Below are positions 20,132 through 27,395 of a stretch of DNA of 37,004 bases, piece by piece (positions within the stretch are counted from its first letter, which is position 1; each line of letters starts with the position of its first letter). Source of the stretch: an uncultured Dehalococcoidales bacterium. Its GTDB lineage: Bacteria > Chloroflexota > Dehalococcoidia > GIF9 > AB-539-J10. The DNA lies in assembly GCA_964534285.1 (NCBI GenBank), contig CAZHQV010000003.1, forward strand, positions 1-37,004, written 5' to 3'. Below the pieces are notes generated by a model. It did no database searches, was not told the origin of the DNA, and saw only the letters and a list, made by a program, of their open reading frames with translations. Both the position numbers and the translations under genes were made by a program.

Positions 20132-20599
20132 TCAAAACAAGGCTTTCTGCGCCTTGGCTAGCTCTTTTCGACGGGCACGGGTTAAATAGGTTTGCTCGTT
20201 TTTGTTGAGCGGCTTGCCTGCCACCCTCTTATGAGCAATGCTGACTAGCCGCCTCGGACATCCCAGAAGCCATCTTTTGGCATCCTGCCACAGCTCCAGG
20301 TCTATGGCTTTGTCATCCGCTAGCGTTTCCCACAATTCGGTACTATTGCCTTCATCATCCTGTATCTCGACATTGAGGCTTAGCATGGTCAACACTCGCT
20401 TTTGTCGATGCCAATACTCCATCGTCACATAGCTAGCGACTCTAAGCATTGACGCTTCGGTAAATGGCTTATCCCCGTTGTTGCTGGCTAGCTCGGCAAG
20501 CCTGAGTACGATGTCATGCCTTAAATCTTCCCTATCCTGATACCTTGCCTTGTGTTGAAACCTGTCGGCAATTTGACTATACTTCTGCCAGTCTAGCAT
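20132..20599 (-). CDS. small sigma-70-like protein with abbreviated region 4
   Basis: RBS GGAGG. DREDLRHDIVLRL and MEYWHRQKR (region 2-like), LSLNVEIQDDEG...ETLADD (region 3.2-like), YLTRARRK. Confidence 0.6.
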   Translation of the reverse strand: MLDWQKYSQIADRFQHKARYQDREDLRHDIVLRLAELASNNGDKPFTEASMLRVASYVTMEYWHRQKRVLTMLSLNVEIQDDEGNSTELWETLADDKAIDLELWQDAKRWLLGCPRRLVSIAHKRVAGKPLNKNEQTYLTRARRKELAKAQKALF

Positions 20600-20704
20600 T
20601 GTGGAGTCCCTCCCTTTGTTAGATTTCCCTGGTTAGCTATTCCCTAGCCAGGGATTTTGTTACCCTGCTAGATAGGCAGGCGTTCAGGCTTTCGGCTTTG
20701 CCAC

Positions 20705-20724
20705 CTATTCAATTGTTAAGGTGC
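20705..20724 (-). promoter_or_regulatory. rrn boxA-like motif in the leader
   Basis: Minus strand GCACCTTAACAATTGAATAG resembles rRNA-operon boxA elements and is followed by two hairpins. Confidence 0.45.
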
Positions 20725-21456
20725 TACCAGATACTCATATCTGTTACGAGTATTGTGCTTTACAAAAGATGCTTTTGAAAAGGAAAGGAAGTAATTACTT
20801 TTTTGGTCTAGATTCAAAACCGAGAAATTCTTGTCTCGCCATTCGGGAACAAGATGAGAGTTGAACTAGACTGTTACGGTAAGAGTGTAGGTGTTCTTGT
20901 CCGATTGCCTAACGAAGCAGGCAAGGACCAATGAACCCGCTTTTGAGGAGCCTATTAGTAGAAGACATGGGCTATTGAAAGCGAGAGCCCCGGCAATAGA
21001 AAGGGCGCAGAACTGGGATGTGGGAACCAGCTCTAGCTTGAGAGACGTTGAAGCTATCTCATCTCTTGTGAAATTCCTCCCTATCAGTCAATTCCGAGAG
21101 TCATTCTGATAGGACTACATGCCTGCTGGCTCACCATATTTCGCAATCAACAACCATGTCACAGGCTGAGCTTCTTGTAGAACAATCTCTCGAGGGAGCT
21201 GACAACGTTCTCGAGGCGGTGACCACACTTAGACTGGGTATGTCCCTAGCCGCGATGGCTGCAGTCTTCGCCAGGAAAAGAACAAAGCATATGCAGAGAA
21301 AGGGATTTCGAGTGCAGCCAGACGCTAGGTTAATTGACAGATCGCATGCAACATTGAACTCTCACACTCACCTTATGCGTGGATTGAAGAAGGAACCAAC
21401 CGGGCCGCCCATTCACGGACAGTGTATCAATTTGAGAGTCGCAGTTGATCAATGGG

Positions 21457-21585
21457 AAGAATCCTCATGCCATTGCCTTGGGTAGATTGGGTGGTCTGTA
21501 AGGTGGCAAGGCTAGAGCTTCGAAGTTATCTCCTGAACAAAGAAAAAAAGCCGAAAAAGCTGCATTGAAAAGGTGGCATAAATAG
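21457..21585 (+). pseudogene. small basic GRLGGLKGG-type protein with a nonsense codon
   Basis: KNPHAIALGRLGGL*GGKARASKLSPEQRKKAEKAALKRW; TAA at 21499 where Lys is expected. Confidence 0.6.
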
Positions 21586-21588
21586 CAA

Positions 21589-22080
21589 TTATATTTCTGG
21601 CATGCTGGTTTGCCGAGGGATAAAGGGAATTTCTTTTACTTCAATGTAATCTTGTCCAAACGCCTTTACACCCTCATCGTGACTATATATACATTCAGCC
21701 CCTTGAGAAATGGCTGTAGCCACAATCAGACTGTCCATCTTTAATTCAGTCCTAGTCTTACCACTCTCTATTAGGCTATTTACAGACTCCTGCCCCTTTC
21801 TAGAAAGCCAAATCTTAGCAAACTGACTAGCAGCTGCCGTATCAAACGGTGCTACAACAAAACCCCTATCAAACAGATTTATTACAGCAGGGTGCATATC
21901 TGCCGGTATGGGCATCAAAAATTCAGCTACTACAATAGAAGGTATCAATACACGTATTTTATCTTCTTGTAATTGCCTAATGAATGATTTCGTGCGAGGT
22001 ATCATGTCTTCTTGCCCTGGGGTTGCCTGTTCTTTGATACCCCATACTAGAACGTGATTATCGAAACAAACCAAACTCAT
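21589..22080 (-). CDS. PIN-domain (VapC-like) nuclease
   Basis: Acidic residues in FDNHVL, VVAEF, DSLIVATA, YSHD. Confidence 0.85.
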   Translation of the reverse strand: MSLVCFDNHVLVWGIKEQATPGQEDMIPRTKSFIRQLQEDKIRVLIPSIVVAEFLMPIPADMHPAVINLFDRGFVVAPFDTAAASQFAKIWLSRKGQESVNSLIESGKTRTELKMDSLIVATAISQGAECIYSHDEGVKAFGQDYIEVKEIPFIPRQTSMPEI

Positions 22081-22877
22081 TCAGTTTTCGATTCTAATCG
22101 CCTGATGTCGGAAATGTACTTTTTTACATCAGTTACATCACTATAATATATGCCTACGGCCTTAGCCAGCTGGTTCATGGCATCTTCCAACAGCAATTCC
22201 TCGTAGGGTGTTACATCTTCTATAGTGAATTGTTCTAACCTTAATGATTCAGCATCCCATCGTGCCATTCCTAGTAAACCAACAACAGTATAGAGTCTAT
22301 TGCCCAGTTTCTTGGCTACATCTTTGTTTGTATCACAAAATACTGTTTGCCCACTAAGCAGTTCCACCATGGCTCTTGGTTCTCTACCTCCTACTCTCAC
22401 AACCTGCCCATATACTATAGTCTCCCCAGATAATCTAGCACGTCTTTCCAATGTGGTCTGGGGTGTAATTGTTGCTAAGACCTCGCGATGCTCGTTGCTA
22501 GTCACAAGTTCAGCAACGCATTGTTTCTTGCGTGAGAATGTTATTATTGTCTCAACGGCATCAATAGAACTCGTGGGTAATCCTTTATAATCATTGGTTT
22601 CTATGGCTTGCCCTACGCTTCGAAATATGGGAAAAACTATATTCTCAATAGGCGAAACAAACTGAAGACCAATGCTCTCCGACTTAATATTCACAAAACC
22701 AACGATGACCTGTTCCTTGTTAATCTCAGGGTGGTCACGGAAAACTTGAGACTCGACCATATTTTCTACGGCCTTGAGGATCTCTCCAATATCACTAGCT
22801 TTAACAGAGTCTGGTTTGATATTTTCGCCTGAGAAGTTGACCTCTATGAGACTTTTTGAAAGAGCCCTGTTATTCAT
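22077..22877 (-). CDS. hypothetical protein translationally coupled to the PIN gene
   Basis: RBS AAAGGAGG; ATGA overlap with the PIN gene; 266 aa. Confidence 0.8.
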   Translation of the reverse strand: MNNRALSKSLIEVNFSGENIKPDSVKASDIGEILKAVENMVESQVFRDHPEINKEQVIVGFVNIKSESIGLQFVSPIENIVFPIFRSVGQAIETNDYKGLPTSSIDAVETIITFSRKKQCVAELVTSNEHREVLATITPQTTLERRARLSGETIVYGQVVRVGGREPRAMVELLSGQTVFCDTNKDVAKKLGNRLYTVVGLLGMARWDAESLRLEQFTIEDVTPYEELLLEDAMNQLAKAVGIYYSDVTDVKKYISDIRRLESKTE

Positions 22878-22995
22878 GCCAAACTTGGCCTCCTTTCACA
22901 GACATGTTAGAATATCTCTGATTGGGAGGGGCCTAAACTACTTCCATTAGTTTAGACACACGGTAAGAAGAATATCAGTAGCTAGTTTGAGACTG

Positions 22996-23030
22996 ATATT
23001 AGCAGAAGTACCCTACTGTCACAAGTAGGG
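22996..23030 (-). promoter_or_regulatory. candidate promoter with overlapping inverted repeat
   Basis: TTGTGA-17-TAATAT with TGn; inverted repeat CCCTACT-N6-AGTAGGG at 23011-23030. Confidence 0.4.
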
Positions 23031-23346
23031 ATTTCCTTTTTGTACGAGGAAAACTACCCGAAAGTACCTATCTGACGCAAAATTTTCTTTCAATTTAACC
23101 CCCATTTAGTATTGATCGATACTTCGTCCCATAGAATGACTTACGATACCTGGTCAATGTAGGTATTCAGTTGGTCTTCAGAGCAAAGTAGGAGCATCCT
23201 GCAATCATGACATCGTCATATTTAAGGCGTTTGCCCAACAGAGCGTGCCTATATCTGTCCTAGTAGCTTTGCTTAGTGCCGCAGTTGGTGCTGGAGTAGG
23301 TAGTCTGATGACATAGTTGTTGATGAGGTAAGACGCGAATCTATAT

Positions 23347-23694
23347 TCAGGCTGTCAACCACAGTCGAGCAGAACCGCTCAGATGAGGCTTCAGCTTGTC
23401 CTCCAAGGTCCACCAAGGTGCTCCCCCAGGCAAAGGTTGAGACCACATGGTTACTGCGATTCCAGCACTTGCTAAATGAGTACCGCGATTTTGACTGGTG
23501 CCACCAATTGCCTGATTGTCAGGAACAAAGTACGAAGTGGTTTTGGCCAAAAATCCGATGGAGGTCCCGACAGGCTCTGGAGGGAGGCAACGTCCAAAAC
23601 CCAAGGTAACCCAGCGGACTACATCCTGTCCAGCAAGTAGAATCCTCAGCGCTACTTCGATTTTGGCCTCGCACTCGGTGATGCTCATGGCCAT
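23347..23694 (-). CDS. hypothetical protein
   Basis: TGATG overlap with the upstream gene; no motif recognised. Confidence 0.35.
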   Translation of the reverse strand: MAMSITECEAKIEVALRILLAGQDVVRWVTLGFGRCLPPEPVGTSIGFLAKTTSYFVPDNQAIGGTSQNRGTHLASAGIAVTMWSQPLPGGAPWWTLEDKLKPHLSGSARLWLTA

Positions 23695-24476
23695 CAGCCC
23701 TGCCCGGTAACCGAGTCAAAGCCACGTTCTGTAGCCCTCGTTCCATATCTCGCTTCAAATTCCCTGCGTCGAGCTTCTTCCCTAAGCCTTTGCGCCTCTT
23801 CTCGTTGGCGCCTTTGTTCCTCCCTGGCCCAACAGTCCTCGTGTGCCCATCCACGTTCCCTCGCCAGCTGCCTGATGGCGGTCTTTTCCTTTTGGCTCGT
23901 CACCTCGATCGGTTCGCCGCAGAAAGCACAGGCGTAAGAAACCAGGTATGTTTCCTTACCTTGTGCGTATCCCTCGGAGTGACCTTCTTTGCGCCCTTGA
24001 TCCTCGGCTTTCTTGAGCGCTTCCCCCGTTTCGGCCCTTAGCCTGGACCGCTCATCATCCAAGGTCCTCTGGCTGCGTTTCTTTTCCTCGACCCTGCCCA
24101 TCTCGAAGCCTTCCTTATACCCGTCATGTCTAGCTTCTTTGACCACTTGTTCCTTTTCCTCCTTTAACTTGCTCTTTTCATTGTCCAAAGCCCTCTTAGC
24201 ATCCCTTTCTCCCTGCAGCTTTCCCTTCTTGTACCCCGATTCGTACGCTTGTAGTCGGGCCTCCTCAGTGTCTTCGATGAGGGCCTTCTGGGCGCCCATT
24301 GCTTCCTTTATGAACTCGGATCTTGATATGCCCCGTTGACTCAGGTGTGTCCTTAATTCGTTCCACAGACCCCTCTCCATACGAAAGGAAACTGTGGGGT
24401 GAGAATCCTCGTATCTGAGCCTTGATAGCGGCTTGCGTTTCCTCTGTGTTGCCTTGCCACTAACCATGTCAAGCAC
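23694..24476 (-). CDS. ribbon-helix-helix protein with coiled-coil/GxxxG repeats and CxxC motif
   Basis: PTVSFRM...ELRTHL...GISRSEFIKEAM (CopG-like pattern); three GY..G...G segments; CAFCG...HEDC. Confidence 0.75.
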   Translation of the reverse strand: MLDMVSGKATQRKRKPLSRLRYEDSHPTVSFRMERGLWNELRTHLSQRGISRSEFIKEAMGAQKALIEDTEEARLQAYESGYKKGKLQGERDAKRALDNEKSKLKEEKEQVVKEARHDGYKEGFEMGRVEEKKRSQRTLDDERSRLRAETGEALKKAEDQGRKEGHSEGYAQGKETYLVSYACAFCGEPIEVTSQKEKTAIRQLARERGWAHEDCWAREEQRRQREEAQRLREEARRREFEARYGTRATERGFDSVTGQG

Positions 24477-24479
24477 TGT

Positions 24480-24527
24480 AGATTACCCTATGGTTTACCA
24501 TAGGGATTACCATATCGATTACGACAC
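24480..24527. repeat. four 12-bp repeats with an embedded palindrome
   Basis: agattaccctat/ggtttaccatag/ggattaccatat/cgattacgacac; CCCTATGGT-TT-ACCATAGGG at 24486-24505. Confidence 0.75.
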
Positions 24528-24582
24528 GGAAAAACCGTGCCGTGCCGGCACGGCAAACGGCAAAAACTGGCACGGGCACGGA
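24525..24582. repeat. CACGG/CCGTG repeat block
   Basis: CACGG-AAAAA-CCGTG and the perfect 18-bp palindrome TGCCGTGCCGGCACGGCA (24538-24555). Confidence 0.7.
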
Positions 24583-24615
24583 TACCGGGAGAGCCGTAGA
24601 GAAAGGGCGCGGCCG

Positions 24616-24697
24616 GCACCACCACCAACACCGGCACCAGCACCAGTACCGCAACCGCAACCACAACCGCTAACACCATCATCGCAACCGCTTCCGC
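24616..24697. repeat. ACC-rich hexamer block
   Basis: GCACCA/GCAACC-type units. Confidence 0.7.
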
Positions 24698-24725
24698 TAG
24701 CACGGCTTTACCTTCTTTCCAGCAC

Positions 24726-24905
24726 TTTCTCTGGGCCGAGATTTCTCCGACATTTCTCCGCGGTTTCTCTGGTGAGATTTCTCTGTTTCTCTAGCATTTC
24801 TCTGAGATTTCTCTAGAGTTTCTCTACGGTTTCTCTGCCGTTTCTCTACCCCGTTTCTCTGGATTTTCTCTGAAATTTCTCTGATTTTCTCTGTGACGCT
24901 TCTCT
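24726..24905. repeat. phased TTTCTC(T/C) array
   Basis: 15 copies at 24726, 742, 753, 764, 778, 786, 797, 808, 819, 830, 841, 854, 865, 876, 886 plus a variant at 24899; mostly 11-bp spacing. Confidence 0.9.
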
Positions 24906-24975
24906 ATGAGTTTTCTATTTCAAGAGCCTTCGACAACACATCGTCAAGCGTACAACTGCATAAGGATCTGCCATA

Positions 24976-25024
24976 ACCGGACCGAGACCGAACCCGAACC
25001 GGACCGCACCGGCGTGGGTGCGGT
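24976..25024. repeat. ACCG block with hairpin
   Basis: ACC(C)G at 24976, 981, 987, 992, 998, 25003, 25008; stem ACCGCACC/GGTGCGGT. Confidence 0.7.
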
Positions 25025-25096
25025 GCCGCAACCGAGAAGCTGAACGCACCTCGCTCACCTGTTTACCTCTGTGCCTTAGCAGTGCACTGGACCGGA

Positions 25097-25286
25097 CAGA
25101 CTGGCCAGAGATCTGGTACCAGAAAACAAGCAAAAATCGGGAGCAGAGCGCTTCGCAGAAATCTGGATCCAGAAATGTCACAGGAACCCGACCAGAAACC
25201 CCAGCCAGAAAGCGACCAGAAATGGGACGGAAACCTCCGCCCAGAAGATCATCACGACGCTGAACCAACAAGAGCACATACAGAAA
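25097..25286. repeat. CAGAAA-type array
   Basis: Exact copies at 25120, 156, 170, 193, 206, 217, 281, with variants between them at 9-14 bp spacing. Confidence 0.7.
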
Positions 25287-25464
25287 CCTAAGCGGCGCGA
25301 AAATGAACAGCGCCGCGACCAAGATGTTGGGAATGCCGGAGAGCGCCGTCTGGCTGGGCTTTGGCTTAACGCGAACCTGGAACCACCTTTCCTCTTGATC
25401 CAATGTCGACGCTGATGACTTACCGTTCAACTCGCCGCCTAAGAGCCTTCTGTGGGCAAATCCC

Positions 25465-25767
25465 CTAACCATCTCGATCATATGCCACAAACCCCCTCGC
25501 GTTACGGGCCAATTGCACAGATTTTAGGGATTTCCGGCGTCTTTGGCGCTCTTCTTCAGTCAGCTGCGGGCGCTTTGCCGGGAGCCTTAGCCATTTCTTG
25601 GGAAACTCGTACTCTCGAGCTTCCCCCTCGGTCCGGATAGGCTTCAGGCCCATTTCCTTCATCCTGCGCTGCCACCTCTCGTTGTAGGTGAACACATTGA
25701 CCATGAGATCCCCTTCATTGAACGTGATGATGGTTTCCTGTTCCTGTCGCGTCAGTTTGACCCTCAT
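25465..25767 (-). CDS. hypothetical mobile-element protein
   Basis: RBS AAGGAG before ATG 25767; EQETIITFNE...YEFPKKW...LTEEER. Confidence 0.7.
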   Translation of the reverse strand: MRVKLTRQEQETIITFNEGDLMVNVFTYNERWQRRMKEMGLKPIRTEGEAREYEFPKKWLRLPAKRPQLTEEERQRRRKSLKSVQLARNARGFVAYDRDG

Positions 25768-25793
25768 CTGCGCTTCTCCTTGATAACCATGAT

Positions 25794-26210
25794 TCAGCCA
25801 AACTCTGGATGCGCCGCCCGGACTGGATCCTCCCACACCTCCTCTTCAGCTTTGCCCTTATCTGTCAACCGGTAGAACCTTTTTCGCTCAAGGAAGTCAT
25901 AAATGGCCTGCTCCGTTCTGTCCGTGCGCTCAACCAAGCCCAGGAGTTTGAACCAGTGGAAATACTTCGCGAAACTGCTATAGTTTGGCCTTCTGAACGG
26001 TTTTTCGCCTATTTCCACACGTTCCTTATTCATACGCTTTATCTCCTGGCTCAAGGCGTAGTAGATGTCAGCGGCACAAGCCTCTCCATACTCTTCAAAG
26101 TAGTGCTTAACGAAAAGGCCCGGCCGATATTCACTAGCAGCCCTGCCCCACGGGACCCCTATTCGGTCAGGATCCACTGCTGTGTTTCCGAGGTTAGGTA
26201 CTTCTTCCAT
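25794..26210 (-). CDS. winged-helix-like DNA-binding protein
   Basis: YSSFAKYF...LGLVE...RFYRLTDKG wing pattern; starts 5 bp after the recombinase stop. Confidence 0.65.
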   Translation of the reverse strand: MEEVPNLGNTAVDPDRIGVPWGRAASEYRPGLFVKHYFEEYGEACAADIYYALSQEIKRMNKERVEIGEKPFRRPNYSSFAKYFHWFKLLGLVERTDRTEQAIYDFLERKRFYRLTDKGKAEEEVWEDPVRAAHPEFG

Positions 26211-26215
26211 TGTCC

Positions 26216-26830
26216 TTAGTCCCCGTCTTGCCAAACGCGATCATAGTCCTGGTGTAAATCCTCCACTGAATACTGTAGATAGACGGATGTCGTAGTTGGC
26301 GACTGGTGACCCAGTATCTTCTGTAGCCGCTCTATGCTCATGCCTCTCTTGATGCAGTGGACTGCAAATGAATGGCGGAGGTGATGAGGATGGAGCTTCC
26401 TGTGCTGCGACACGAAGGGGTCGCCAATCTCTCTTATGCCTGCTCTCCTTCCCAGCTTCCAGAAGATCTGGTCTACCCGTTGCCTCGTAATAGGAAATAG
26501 CAAATCACCTTTGTATGGGAACTGTTTCCGCCATTCCAGGTATTCTTTCACCATGTCCAGCGTGCCTTGGTCAACGGGAACTCGCCTTCTCAGTTCCTTG
26601 ACCTTGCCATCCTTCTTCCGCATCTTTTGGATCCTGATGGCGATTGCGCGATTCTCAAAGTCGACGTCGGATAGCTTTATGCCAATGAGCTCCGATACCC
26701 TAATGCCGGTACGCCACAGGATTCGCACCAGGAGCTTGTCTCTGCAGTTGGAAGCGGCATCAAATAACTTCTCTACCTCATCAACGTCGAGGTATCCCTT
26801 CAGATCTCTGATTGGAGTCACTTCAGGCAT
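26216..26830 (-). CDS. short tyrosine recombinase (catalytic domain only)
   Basis: TGIRVSE, HPHHLRH, LGH, TTSVY all intact; 204 aa. Confidence 0.92.
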   Translation of the reverse strand: MPEVTPIRDLKGYLDVDEVEKLFDAASNCRDKLLVRILWRTGIRVSELIGIKLSDVDFENRAIAIRIQKMRKKDGKVKELRRRVPVDQGTLDMVKEYLEWRKQFPYKGDLLFPITRQRVDQIFWKLGRRAGIREIGDPFVSQHRKLHPHHLRHSFAVHCIKRGMSIERLQKILGHQSPTTTSVYLQYSVEDLHQDYDRVWQDGD

Positions 26831-26852
26831 TGCCAGGAACCTCGTCTACCCG

Positions 26853-27167
26853 TTAGCCGTCATCGGCCTTTAAGACCTCGTTAAGCATCCATCTGGCATA
26901 GCTGGCCCGCTCATCGTCGGCTGTTATCTCTGCCTGTTGAAGGATACCGCGCCATTGTGGAATCGAAACCCGGCGCCACTCCCTTAGTATCCAGGGCACA
27001 CTATCTTCCGCCAGCTGCTCCCTGCACCTCCCGCTATCGAGCGCGTGTTGCATCGCCGGCCTGCCATCTCTTTGTATCTCTCTCAGGCGCTCTTCGTAGA
27101 GGCGACGCATTCCTCCCTCGGGTAGGAGAGCTATCAACCGCTCGAGCTTCTGCACGTCAGTATCCAT
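26853..27167 (-). CDS. hypothetical protein
   Basis: Co-oriented within the operon; GGAG RBS; helical composition. Confidence 0.6.
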   Translation of the reverse strand: MDTDVQKLERLIALLPEGGMRRLYEERLREIQRDGRPAMQHALDSGRCREQLAEDSVPWILREWRRVSIPQWRGILQQAEITADDERASYARWMLNEVLKADDG

Positions 27168-27395
27168 CTCCGCTTTGTGTGCGAACTCCTTGCCTGCGTT
27201 TGCGGAAACCAGTAACCGCTACTGCCTTTGCAGCTTTGACCTCGTGTCTGCAAGGAGTGGTTACCATCCGGAGTGACCAGTAGCAGAGACGTCGCCTTGG
27301 CCGCTCGAAGTGGTCACTCAAGCTCGGCAGCACGGCCTTCCGGCAGGAAACCCGATCTGGCAAGCGAGTGGTGGTTACTGGTTCAGGCCTTCCAA

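Noticed and set aside
20660-20703. c-di-GMP-I riboswitch resemblance (GCAAAGCC...GCCTGAA)
   Set aside because: The first hairpin and closing pairing are absent.
20120-21434. 12-bp inverted match TGTATCAATTTG at 20120 and 21423 as invertible-segment ends
   Set aside because: Short and AT-rich, does not extend, and is compatible with chance.
24726-24905. CRISPR array
   Set aside because: Units are 7 bp with about 4-bp gaps; there are no spacers or cas genes.
24433-25490. ORFs over the repeat mosaic (24433+, 24469-, 24488-, 24915-, 25018+, 25082+)
   Set aside because: Low-complexity translations without clear RBS; the 11-bp periodicity is not codon-compatible.
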